Part shown: positions 52,786 to 64,000 of the stretch, piece after piece | How positions within the stretch are numbered: the stretch's first letter is position 1 | How the letters are laid out: the number at the start of each line of letters is the position of its first letter | Source of the DNA: Takakia lepidozioides | Taxonomy: Eukaryota; Plantae; Bryophyta | Reading direction: 5' to 3' | Assembly: GCA_030704615.1 (NCBI GenBank) | Contig: CM060732.1 | Coordinates: forward strand, 14,136,001 to 14,200,000 | DNA: 64,000 nt | Program-made: the position numbers and the translations under genes | The notes under the pieces: model-generated | What the model was told of the DNA's origin: nothing | The model's input: only the letters and a program-made list of their open reading frames with translations | The model's database searches: none

Positions 52786-53500
52786 CACTACAAGAAAAGG
52801 GGGGGGGGGGGGGGGGTGGGGTTTTCGACACCGCGACGTCGCTAAAAGAGCATTTTGAAGCTGAGGGGGGGCTATTTTTGCGACGCCCTGGAATCGCACG
52901 CCAGTCGCCAGGGCGTCGCTGGAATATTGTCGCATAAATGCGACGGATGGGGGTCGCACGACCCCCTCCTCCTCCAGCGACGCCCCAACGTAGCTACTTG
53001 GCGATCCAGGGTGCTGGCAGGGGCCTCCTTCTAGCGCCGGCTGACCGTCGCTACCACCCAGCCGACGGCGTTGGATGGGGCGACGCCCCGGCGTCACGTC
53101 GTTGTTTTTTTTCATATGCCCGGGTGTCGCATGCTAAAAACAATGCGACCCCCGGACGTCGGATAAGTGAAAAAATCCCGTCGTAGGGGAGGCGGTCTGT
53201 GCGACGCCCGGCCGTGGGTTGGAGCGACTCCCGGAAGTCACATATTTATAAAAATGTTTTTTAAAAGGAAAACGCGGGGCAGGGCGGGAGTGGGAACAGC
53301 TACGCTGCGGCATCGCTCCTAGCGACCCCCGGAGGTCGCCAAGGAAAAAACCAGTTGGGGGGGGGGGGGGTCGGCCGTTGCTACGCAATGGGTTGTGGCG
53401 ACGGCGGGGCGTCGCCTCTTGCGACCCCCTCCCGTGGCGAGCCGGAAATTCCCGTCGCATGGGCGCTGTTGAAAGCGACGCCCTGCCGTGGCATGCCGCT
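52786..53500 (+). mobile_element. CACTA transposon terminus with subterminal GCGAC/GTCGC repeats
   Basis: CACTACAAGAAAA at 52786 followed by dense GCGACGCC/GGCGTCGC motifs; the partner end was not found. Confidence 0.65.
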
Positions 53501-54735
53501 TGGTGGGGGGGTTGGGGGTGTTTGGGGGTTGATTTTGGGGGGTGAATTAGGGGTGATTTTTGGTTTATCCCTGGTTTGTTTTTTGTGTGTTGGAAGACCT
53601 TATAGCTTCCATTGCTCTGATATAACGGGTACATAGCATAGGTTATTGCATAGGTTTGACCAAGCATGAATGAAGGGTGAGGCCGGTGCAACACATCAAT
53701 AAGAGGGAAGATGGAAAGATGGAAATATATGTACAGATGGAAATATATTTAGAAGTAATGAGCTGAAATGCTTTGCTCACAAGGGTTCAGTAGGCTGACC
53801 CTGGGACCTACACGGACTACGAGTCCTCATCCTCATCCTCATCCTCATCCTCATCCTCAGAGGAGTACTCGGAGGTATTCGATGAGCCTGATGACTCCGC
53901 GCCCTTTGCCTGAGCATGTACAGCAAGCAGTGTTCCCCTAACTCCCACGGAGCTCTCATCCAATCCCTGGCCATGACCCCTCCCCCCTCACCCATACTAG
54001 TGCCCTGTAGCGCACTCATCCCCTCTGTGTTGGCCATGTTCTTCATGAGGGCTTGCCAACCATGCTGCTTGGCGTAGTCGTACTCTATCGGAGATGGCTT
54101 CCTTTCCTATACATGCCACAAATTAAAGTTAGTTCCTCACGATGATGGAGCGAGAAAGAAGACATAACAAAATACATAGGGAAGTATGACTTACAAATCG
54201 TAAGATAAAACCCCTCGATCCGCCGGGGCCCACTTGTGCGTGCCATTTCTGAAGGTTTGGCTGGTGAAATGCTTGTTCAACAGCCATGTTGTGTAAGTCA
54301 TGGTTTAATCTTCCACTACAGCCAGTGGGATAAACCACATAGAGAAATCAAAGGACTTCGGTTGTAGCCATATGTGTACACAACAGAAAGAGAAGACTTG
54401 CTCATTATTTGGTACACGATGCTCAATTTCACCAGCTTTGCAATTGCATCATCCTCCTCAAAGTCACATCTCTCATTGAATTGACTTGCCAACAGCTGCT
54501 TACAATGTCTCTCAAGATCCTGGTTGAGTCACAATTGTGCATTAGGATCTGGACAATGTCATACTATGAACATTGATGTGATTCGTGTTGGGGCAGTGTT
54601 GGGTACAGTTCAGCACAAACCCACCTCCTTGGTTGCTTTGCCTTGAGTCATCAACACAAAATATGTAAGGAACACTTCTTTTATAACCTGCAAAATGAAT
54701 ACAGTATGTTACTTTGTCCAGGGCAACACTATCCT

Positions 54736-54782
<47 letters not shown>

Positions 54783-54964
54783 CTGTCCTCATCCGTCCCA
54801 CCTATCCGTTTCTTGGATGGATATCCCCACCCCAAAAAGTATGGTTGGGTATTACCGCGGAATGTGCGCGCATTTCCGCGGATTCAGCCTTCCCTACCTA
54901 ACCTCGTAGTTCCGCGTGGAACCACGACAGAGCCCAGGGTAGTTTTGAATATTTCCCCTCTTCA

Positions 54965-55310
54965 TTGACAGTTCGGCACGGAACTGTCTGCCTGGACACG
55001 TTTTTATTATTTTTATTTTTAAATAAATAAATAAATTTATTAAAACATTTGAGTTAGATTACGATTTTTGAGTATTGTCCCTTGTCATTGACAGTTCGGC
55101 ACGGAACTGTCTGCCTGGACTTCTTTGACAGTTCCACACGGAACTCTCTGCCTCGACATCTTTGACAGTTCGGCACGGAACTGTCTGCCTAGACTTCTTT
55201 GACAGTTCCACACGGAACTCTCTGCCTCAACATCTTTGACAGTTCGGCACGGAACTCTCTGCTTGGACTTTTTTGACAGTTTTGCACGGAATTGTTTGCC
55301 TGGACACACA
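54965..55310. repeat. ~39-bp tandem repeat containing the hairpin GACAGTTC-GGCACG-GAACTGTC
   Basis: One copy at 54965 and six copies at 55088-55305. Confidence 0.85.
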
Positions 55311-57766
55311 CAAACTTTAATTTACATGTGATTATTTAATATCCCGAGGGTTTGTGGATCTTTAAAAAATTCCGCGCGGAACTGACAACACTGACACTTT
55401 CAACCTTGCATTATGTCCTCGTTTCATCGTATAACACTACCTGGTTTTCCGCATACTATTACTTCCGCGGCTTTGCAACGATTGCAGCCTACAGTGTCCA
55501 TTTTTTGACGTAAATGCGTCATTTTTCCTGTACATAGTTTGTTGGTTTTGATCTATAATCTTATATTTCTATGAATTTCTTAAAAGGGACTCACAACATT
55601 GTACCTATCTACATGTAGTATCTACCTTCTCAGACTTGCCCCCAAAAATCGTTATCTCTAGAAGTAATGGACTTTAGGAAAAGTCCATAAGCTTTTGTTA
55701 CAGTCCATAGAAAACTTGTTATGGACTCATTATCTGTTAGATTTTGTAACATAATTGGAATAAAGGACTTGTCTACTCCCTTGCTATTATGATAAAGAAT
55801 CTAGTGTGAGAGTTTTTTAACATTTTTACTCATTAAATTAAATTTTATGTACTTTATCAACCTACCAATAACAACCATTTTCATAAAGTCCTTTACAATA
55901 TGAAAACCAAAACACCCCATGAGCTGTCTTCATTAAATACAACTATTTGTTATAGATGAAGGGTGGCCCAAGGTCAAATTTTCAAAAACATGTACTTTTG
56001 TGATTATGGTCAAGTTTGGATTACGTCACTGATGACACGTGACGGCATATATCCTCCATAACATCTTTCTTTTTCCCATTTGAAATGACAGTATCCCAAC
56101 AATAGACGTTCCACATGATATAGTGCAAGTGAATCCATGTTTTGGTTTGTTTTCACGATTTTTGTTTTTTTATCTTATGTACTTTTATGTAGGCCACATC
56201 TTCAACTTTTTGGTCCACTCTTCGTTGCAACTACCTTTCGGGATATTGTGCAACTTTCCGCGGACATAAGGTATGCACCGCCTATTGTCGTGACTTTCAC
56301 CACCCACCCACTTGCAATAATCCAAGCTCCACCTAAATACTTTCATTTTCATTGTACATAGTTGTTTTTATCAGTATCTTACGTATCCCGGACCTGTTCC
56401 GAGCCTGAACCAAAATATTCCCCAGAATATCTCCCTGACTCGAGCATGACCCGGACGAGCTGCTCACCGCTCACGCTCAACATATCCGCCCCCGGTTCAC
56501 CACACCACATCGAATTGCAACATATGTGTCACGCACCTCACTTTGGTAACTCCCCCCTTAAATCATAGTTACTCGCTTCGATGCGCGCGCTAACTCCCAC
56601 ACTGGCCGCCAGGCCAACTCGGAGCTTCGGCTGCTCACCGGGGCATAATGGCCCCCCTTTGCTCTTCCACGAGACCCTCACACACTTTGGGCCTAGTGGA
56701 AATTCCCTTTGATTGTTGGCAGTCCGGAGCAGCTCCCCACACCTTGGTCGCTTTCGGGCTCTCACGCTTACTCACTAGCTTTTTGTCTTCAACAGGCTTG
56801 CACCGTTCTCAGGGTTACTACTCCCTATATATACTTATGTAGGTGTCCGCGGGGGTTCCACAAACGGCCAAGTCCAAATCTGGTGCACCACCACCTAGAC
56901 CCTTGACTTCCTCTGATGAGTTGCGGTGAGTCTTGGCCCACCCACCATGGCCCCAATGGATAGTGGTGAGTCCCATGACTCCCCACGACTCCCACCACAA
57001 GGCCTCAGCCTCATGGTGAGTCCTATGCCACCCCCACTACGACTTCCTACGCTACCACCACCCCTCATGGAGTCCCCCCACCGCAACCCGGTTTGCGGGG
57101 CTCCACCTAGTGAGCGCCTCCGCCTCCCTGAGTGCCTTCGGCACTCAAGGGTGCTTCAGCCCCCTTTCCTATTCACTATCGCTGCCCCCACCACAGGGGC
57201 AGCCCATCTTGTGTCCCGACCCCTTGCCCTCAAGGCAAAGGGCCGCGACACACAACCCTACCAACGAGGAGTCGGTGTCCTCATCGACTTGTCTTTTTTT
57301 GTGAAAACTAACATCCAAGTTGTGGCGTCCCACATCAAGGAGTTTGTTTCCGTACCATGGCATCCCATGACAAAGAACCAAACCCCCACTTGACTCTACT
57401 CCCCATTAGCTAGTTTGGCCGACTTCCTCTGAGTCACGGCCAAGGGTGGAGCTTGGGAAGCTGCACCTGGTGCACTCTTCTTGGCCCTCTTCATGGCTAA
57501 GGAACGATCCTCTTCGAGGATCGAATTGCCTTACTGCAACAACATTGCTTGCGACTACTCGTGATGCCGCTGTGTGCCATCACCTTGAGCATGGGTTCGC
57601 TTGAACCCCTTTGACTAGGAAGATGACCTTGAACCAACCGCTTCGTCCTGAGGTTACACGATTATAGTACGGGAATGGAAGCACGTAGCTTCCGCGTTAG
57701 CCCGCACTACAAGACAACCCCTTCGATAGCCAGGTGCGCACTAGCACGTGAACTCCCAAATAAGAC

Positions 57767-58683
57767 GCACAGACGTGGAGGGCATAGTGCTCGACCTCAT
57801 CTGTGGGACAAGTATGCAGAATCTTGATCTATGCTGTTCTGCAAATTCTCGTTAGGATGTAGTTCGCAACATCTGAAGCGCCATGTTGTAATGTGTGAAT
57901 GGCATTGTAACAGGTGCCTCAATGTGGGCTGGGCGGTTTTCCGACCGGCACCTCTTTGCCTACGAGGAGGATTCATCCGTGTGGGGATCCCATCTGGAAG
58001 GGCTGCAACGGAATGTTAAGGCTCCCAACAGAGCGGAAGTCTCCTCGGATTCGTCGGAGTCCGAGGAAGACACAGTGGACATTGATGCGGAGGAGAACCC
58101 GGAATACGAGTGAGTGCAAACATTGTAAGTTTGCAAAGCCTTCTGGGTCATTTTTGTCAAACCAATTTCCGGACTGTGGTTCTCATTAGTCTCGTTGATG
58201 ATTGTCATGTGCAAGATTGCAGGGTCCGGGTCGAAACATGTAGGGCCTACACTTCCTGCCAGGAAGAATGTCTCGTTCTTTGCGAGGGCCGACTTCATGA
58301 CGAGCCCGGTGAGGGACTACTCCCTTCCTAGTTATGCAGCTAATCTCGCAAATACAGCGATTAGAAGAAGTGAGAATCCCAGTAAAGTAGAGCAGATTTT
58401 GGAGAGGGCTAGGGAGGACAGAATGATAAGGAAAGAGTTGGCAGCAGCTCAGACAGGTAGACGGGTACGAAAGTACATGTGTGATTCAGCGGATGAGAGC
58501 GACGCAGACAGGGAGGAAGACGACCCAACGGAGGTGAGATGGACAGTTCTGCAAGGGGAAGATGGGATTTTTGAAAGCCTGGCCAACGAGCAGTCCGCTG
58601 GAGATGAGAAAGGCAATGAGGGGGTGGAGGCGGAGCAGGACAGTCTAGAACAGGATGAGGATTCGGATGATTTTCAAGATTAA
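57767..58683 (+). pseudogene. last exons of the ParB-MTase gene
   Basis: VLDLICGT, ASMWAGRFSDRHLFAYEED and the final exon ..DDFQD are nearly identical to MULE-2. Confidence 0.85.
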
Positions 58684-58817
58684 TAGAATTTTAATGAAGT
58701 CTCTGTAAATGTAAATTCTCTTCCAGAGTATATAAAGGAAATTCTCCCCGACATTTGTGACCCCTCTCCAGTGTGCATTCCAGCCACAATCGCCCAAACC
58801 ACGACGCTCCCAAAATC

Positions 58818-59430
58818 AGAAATGGGGCACCGCATTTCCAAAATTTTGGCAATTCTAAAAACCTCTTTAGGAAATGCGGCACCGCATTTCCAAAACAGGG
58901 GAGGGACTAAATTTTCCATTTCAATGTTGGCATAGTAAAAAGTAATCGGCCGATTGGAAATGCGGTGCCGCATTTCCAAAATTTCCTTTGTCCACACTAA
59001 GTCGATGACGGACATGGAAATGCGGCGCCGCATTTCCAGAACGGACATCGCAATTTGTCCATTTGCAGACCCTATCACGGAAATGCGGCAACGCATTCCA
59101 TCGCGCTGGTCGGAAATGTCACACTTTCCGAAGTGTTGGACGGAAATGTGGCACCGCATTCCCTTGTCCAAAAAGAAGTTTCCATTGCCAAGCTGGAAAT
59201 GCGTCGCCGCATTTGCAATGCCAACCTCGTTGTCTGTCCAATTTATAGACCCGTGTTGGTATTTCGTGTACCTGGAAGGAAATGATGCACCGCATTCCAT
59301 TGTCCGACACTGAAATGCGGTTCATACATTTCCATGTCGGCATTGAAATGCGGCACCGCATTTCCTTGTCCGACATGGAAATGCGGTGCCGCATTTTGAT
59401 GCCGACTTGGAAATGCGGTGCCGCATTTCA
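58818..59430. repeat. palindrome array (copy of 36552-37331)
   Basis: GGAAATGCGGYRCCGCATTTCC-type copies at 58818, 58870, 58956, 59016, 59079, 59142, 59195 and onward. Confidence 0.88.
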
Positions 59431-59685
59431 ATGCCGACATGGCGTTACTCTGGTATATTCTTGACACATGACTCTCATACCGGTTACTCTGGTATATTCA
59501 TCCGGACAGACAAATTGTAGAAATGAGACATCAAATTGTAAACAGTGGGCCAATTCCGACAGTTATTCAACAGAATGAAACACAATCACACAGAAGTGAG
59601 GTACGATGGGTTTATTGATCGGACACGATGTCTCACATTTACCAGCTGCAGACAAAACTAAGCCCTTCCTCCTTCTACATGGGCT

Positions 59686-60387
59686 TCACCAAGTCGACGA
59701 AACTTCGATACCCCTCAAAACAAGCTCATTACTGCTGCGGCACCTCGAGGTAAACTGCAATTCGGTCGTTCTGCTGCCCTTGCTGGAGCCGACGACAATG
59801 TCATGTCCATCAATGATACCACCATCATATATTGACAAGGTCACTGTGGGCCTCATGTGCCCGTGCGAATCGTCTTCGCAACTCAGCCGAATGTCTCCAT
59901 ACACTGGAAGAGCGGAGTGATCTGCACGTATATAGTTTTCCCCGGTGCCGTCCTCCCTGGTCCACTGGCAGCAGTTCCAGCGCCAAAGCGAGGCCGTGCG
60001 TGATCTGTCCGGCATCCCTTTCCAGCTTGGTATATCGAGGTCAACAATTTTCAGGACCCACGGACCGCATTGACCCTCGCCCTCACCTCGCTCAAAGCGG
60101 TAATAGCCCTCCAGATACTCCATTGCGCGCAAAGACTCTTGCTTGATTCCAGCAACGTCTGTGAAAACAAAGAGCCAGACAATGATGTCTCCTGATTTTG
60201 GTTTGAACATAGCATAATCGTGGCCATGATAAGGGCAGTCGGCTGGATTTCGGCGGCACGGCATCCTTGAAAAAGAGTAGCGGAGTACGCTCAATGACAG
60301 CAGCTCCCGGATGGAGGAGGAGCAGCGCGGTGGCTGGAAAAAGTTCAAGCTAACGCTGCAATTCTTCACAAACACTCCAGGGCACAT
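59686..60387 (-). CDS. orphan cargo gene B (233 aa), paralogue of gene A
   Basis: Shares RMPC.RN..DCP..G.DYAM, RWNCC.WT, YGDIR and SI.DGG.I.G.DIVV with 60607..61383. Confidence 0.65.
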   Translation of the reverse strand: MCPGVFVKNCSVSLNFFQPPRCSSSIRELLSLSVLRYSFSRMPCRRNPADCPYHGHDYAMFKPKSGDIIVWLFVFTDVAGIKQESLRAMEYLEGYYRFERGEGEGQCGPWVLKIVDLDIPSWKGMPDRSRTASLWRWNCCQWTREDGTGENYIRADHSALPVYGDIRLSCEDDSHGHMRPTVTLSIYDGGIIDGHDIVVGSSKGSRTTELQFTSRCRSSNELVLRGIEVSSTW

Positions 60388-60606
60388 TTAAATTTTCCCC
60401 CTACAGGATCCTGGACCGATGAAGATTGGCTGCTGCATGAATGTAGCCGTTTCAGTTTCCTACCCTGCCATGCAAACTATGGGCAGTCACTGCCAGGTGG
60501 GCCGATAGCCACTGGACACGACGAAGTCCATCCCCTCTTCGATGTAAATGCGGCGCCGAATTTCCATCCGGGGGATGGACTTCGGTGGCAGATCTCAAAC
60601 TATAAC

Positions 60607-61383
60607 TTGTTGATGATAAAGATGTATGGGTTCATCCACCGCTGGCGTGATGAACACGTTCCACCTCCGTTGGTGGGTACGTGGGACCCAGATGCTCCAT
60701 TATTGGAGGCCGGACTGCTCTTCCGCTTCGCATCATTTCCAAAATCTAAGGGCTTCGTAGCTGCCCGCAAGGTCGTTGTCATCGGCATCCAAGTCGTCCT
60801 CAGGTCCTCCTTTGCAAGGATGCCGTGCTTCCGGAACCGGGACGACTGCCCATTTGGAGGCATCGATTATGCAATGTATTCGGCCACATCGGAAGACATT
60901 GTTATCTGGTACACAGATTACAGAGAAGATACTGGTTCGATTGTGGGAACATTGGTGGCTTTTGAGTATATCCTAGGCCACTACGCCTTCGAGCGGGATG
61001 ACGATCTTGGTCTGAGGAGTCCGTGGCTCCTGCGCATCCTCGATTCCGATTTTCCCAGCTACGACGGTCACCCATGCAGAAGAAGGCGCACTGCTATGCT
61101 GTTGCGGTGGAACTGCTGCCACTGGACGTGGGTGGACTCCATCGGAGAGACCTATTCTCCTGAAGGAGTGCGCTCCTCTTCTCCATTGTATGGGGACATT
61201 CGCATTGGTGTGGACGACGAAAACGTGAAGATTTCCATATTCGATGGTGGTATGATTGAAGGGCAGGACATTGTGGTGAACATCACTAGGGGCGGTACAA
61301 CGGCTGCAATCGACTTTACCTGGAGGAGCCCCATGACTCATGAGCTAGTTCGGAGAGCAGTCGAAGTCCCATTGACAACGTGA
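60607..61383 (+). CDS. orphan cargo gene A (258 aa)
   Basis: Intact ORF, conserved in MULE-2 and paralogous to 59686..60387. Confidence 0.65.
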   Translation: MLMIKMYGFIHRWRDEHVPPPLVGTWDPDAPLLEAGLLFRFASFPKSKGFVAARKVVVIGIQVVLRSSFARMPCFRNRDDCPFGGIDYAMYSATSEDIVIWYTDYREDTGSIVGTLVAFEYILGHYAFERDDDLGLRSPWLLRILDSDFPSYDGHPCRRRRTAMLLRWNCCHWTWVDSIGETYSPEGVRSSSPLYGDIRIGVDDENVKISIFDGGMIEGQDIVVNITRGGTTAAIDFTWRSPMTHELVRRAVEVPLTT

Positions 61384-61846
61384 CTTGTATTCAGTAGGCA
61401 CAGGGCTAAAGATTTGATTGCACAATCAGCACAGTAGACGTGCTTCAAATGCAATTCATGTGGATCAATAAAAACCTCATTGTGCCCTCTTTTTATTCTA
61501 TTTTGTGTCCATCGTTCCGAGAATGCGTCATTGCTCATTTCGTTTGGGATTGGGAGTGTGGGTGGATTTTGCAAGTGGCTGGTAGGCTGAAATGGGCCCC
61601 CATTGTACATAGCAGTACCACCCTTCCATTCGTGAAACATTGCCTTTCAATATATAATTCTAAATAACATTGCCGAACCTCCTTCATCGGGAGGTCCTTC
61701 TCCCCCTATGACCGTGGCACCCTAAACCCTATTCCCGCGGACACTCATTTCCGGAAAATAGTGCTGCTCATGTTTTTTTCCACACTTACGACTCTGCTCA
61801 TGGCTCATGCCGCTCATGGCTCATGGCTCATGAAATAGCAGCCCCC

Positions 61847-63760
61847 GGTGACTTTGGTCCACTCTTGAAATTCGTCATCAGACTCTGGATTTGTGTAGTA
61901 TTCACCTTCCCAAGCCTTAATGTAGGCCTCCTTGATCAGGTCATCAGTCATATCCTTGCGGCTGATTTCCTCAGAGATCTCTGGGTATTCCTGATCTTGA
62001 CTCTCATCCTCCCAGATGTCCAGGCATTTTAGATAGTCTTCAATTGCCCCCTTGAGTAGAGGCCTTGAGCCTCTTCTCAGTTTGGATCTTCATCCGTGCT
62101 TTCTGTTGAGACAGAGCTCACACTATCCTCCATATCTGACATGTAGTCAGACAAACCATCCTCTTCCATTGGCGTGAACAAACTCTGCCTTGCATGAGAA
62201 TTATGCATTTGATCAAGAGCCATGACCTCGGTCTGGCCCTCTTGTTCTTCTATCATTGGCTCCACCGCCAAGTTCTTGCATAATTCATGGAAATTGCCAA
62301 TCATTGGCTTCAATTGATTCACATGTGGTGTGAAGTGGAAAGTAAGCCACGTTGAGCCCATGATCATACCTGACCTTTAGTGTCTCTGTTTCCATATCAA
62401 CCGCTGCCCCGAACTTCTTTAAGAAGTCTAGTCCGAGCAACATGTTGTCTGTGTCAGTGTCCACAACCATAAAACTGATCCTGTTAGTTAGTTTTCCCAC
62501 TGTAACCTTCAAATTGTCAAGCACCCCCATTGTTGTCTCCACGACACCTGAAGCTACCCAGTACGTCATGTCTCGATCAGTGGTGACATAGCTCATTAAA
62601 CCCAAGTCTCTTACTGTGATTGCTGCTATCACTGATATCATGGCCCCTGTATCGATCTGGCCCATTACTTGGTAATTGCCAATCGTAACCAGAGCATGCA
62701 AAGCTTTCACCTTGCCATTGAAAGCATATGATACTACTTCGAGATCTGGATCACTTGTGTCGTGGCCCAATTTGGACTCATGTTGAACCATGTTGGCTAG
62801 AAAAGCATTGAACTTGCTCTACTCCACCACCTTGACCAAACTTTTCAATTTCTCAAACTCACCCGGTACATGCACATGATGACCTCCATTGGTGAGATGT
62901 AGAAATGGTTTAATATCTTTGATCTTCCTGTCTCTGGCTTGGAAAAAATTTCAGACCTTCTTGGGAAGAGAAACTGACCAGAGGCTCGTGTTTGTTCCTC
63001 TGGAAGCTCCTCCTGTGATGTTGCCATGTCTTCGCCTTGTGAACTTGGACCGCCCTTCTGATTTGGAGGTACCACCGGTGTTCTTACTTTAGGGAGTATC
63101 AGTTTCCACGAACTGGAGTCTGACTACCAGAACTTTCAGCGTATGCATAATGCACCCTTCTTTTCAAAAAACTTGGTTAGCGTAACATTGAGAGCACCTA
63201 GGCGTTTATGAACTGGGCCAGTCACTAAGACCTCTTCCACGTCTTCTTCTTCCAAAGGTTCAAATGGTGTTTCCCCAATTTTGAACAGCCCTCTTTCCAC
63301 TTGTATGGCGGTTTCGACCGCCTCATCTACACTATGAAATTTGGTTCCTAGCATAAGCTTCATAATCTCATGCGTAAGACCCCCCAAACCTTCGACGCTG
63401 CTCTAGCTCAGGGATCCGTCCCTTCACAAAGAGCCTATTTAATCGATCGAAGTAAGCCTAAACCCTCTGTTTCGGCTCCTACTTAACTTCATCCAGCTTC
63501 ATCTTTAGTTCAGCCATATCCACGTGCCCAAATTTTGCCAACATTGCTACTTGTAAATTTTCCCAATCTACTGGTTTGGGGTTTTGACGCCTAAACCAGT
63601 CATCAGCCTTTCCTTTGAGGTTTAACCTCGCCACCTTGAAGATCTTGTCATCAGACAGATCCCTCACGTCACCTGCCATCGGTAATTTCTCTATCCAGTC
63701 CACCATGTCCTTGGACTCCCTACAGTAATACGGAGCATCTACTCCAGATGGACTTGTCAT
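61847..63760 (-). mobile_element. Ty3/Gypsy gag-protease relic
   Basis: DWIEKL..KVARLNLKGKADDWF (gag); QIDTGAMISVI..LLGLDFL (aspartic protease, 62285..62791). Confidence 0.8.
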
Positions 63761-64000
63761 GTTGCTACGTTGTTAGCAAAGTTAGTGTTAATTCATGGAG
63801 TGTATGCTAATACACTCAGCCTTTCTTGTACTTCTGGACTCAATCGACAGACATCCGGTTACCATTCTGTATGAGTTCCTCTCTTCCACTCACGGTGACT
63901 CTCTTGGACATCGTGGATACCATTACCCAACTATAAGCTATTCATGTCCACAATACTACTGTGACCCTATTACCGGCATGTATGACTCGTACACAGAGGT

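Larger units (their letters stand above)
57767..61846 (-). mobile_element. MULE-3: inverted, truncated copy of the MULE-2 left arm
   Basis: Terminus ..CTCATGAAATAGCAGCCCCC at 61846 is the reverse complement of 34897. Homology stops at ~57767, just before MTase motif I. Confidence 0.9.

Noticed and set aside
54542-54968. Poly-Phe/poly-Lys ORFs
   Set aside because: Artefact of a ~45-nt T homopolymer.
57705-57720. CACTACAAGAC as the partner of the CACTA end at 52786
   Set aside because: Same orientation rather than inverted, and no subterminal repeats.
56360-57760. Pro-rich ORFs such as 56926..57393
   Set aside because: Low complexity with no domain motif; probably a decayed repeat I cannot classify.
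34897-61846. One 27-kb element with long TIRs
   Set aside because: Flanks TTCCAGATC and GGTGACTTT do not match, whereas 34897-48659 has a perfect TSD and restores the host frame.

Overview
Eukaryotic, repeat-dense window made of nested transposable elements, with no clear host housekeeping gene. Spliceosomal introns, a DUF659-type hAT, a DUF4283-type LINE ORF1 and the Ty3/Gypsy style suggest a non-seed land plant, probably a bryophyte (inference). Left to right it holds: (1) the end of a >9.4 kb hAT element carrying a decayed transposase, a protein-kinase gene and a second unknown gene; (2) a LINE ORF1 relic; (3) an AT-rich OTU-domain fragment; (4) a decayed Mutator-like element, MULE-1; (5) a Ty3/Gypsy relic; (6) a chromo/PCIF1-like/RNase H/RLE LINE split by a complete 13,763-bp Mutator-like element, MULE-2 (34897-48659, 9-bp TSD TTCCAGATC); (7) a CACTA end; (8) an inverted truncated copy of MULE-2's left arm, MULE-3; (9) a Gypsy gag-protease relic. 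The main candidate for a novel system is the MULE family. Opposite its GCM/DDE/SWIM transposase it encodes a multi-exon protein fusing a ParB/Srx-like domain (VWDGNHR) to a beta-class N6A/N4C-type DNA methyltransferase fold (ILDIPD...VLDLICGTG). It also carries orphan cargo genes and dozens of 22-bp perfect palindromes spaced at multiples of a helical turn, with a 53-bp period kept in two diverged families whose spacers are unrelated. All domain calls come from motif recognition by eye; no searches were run.
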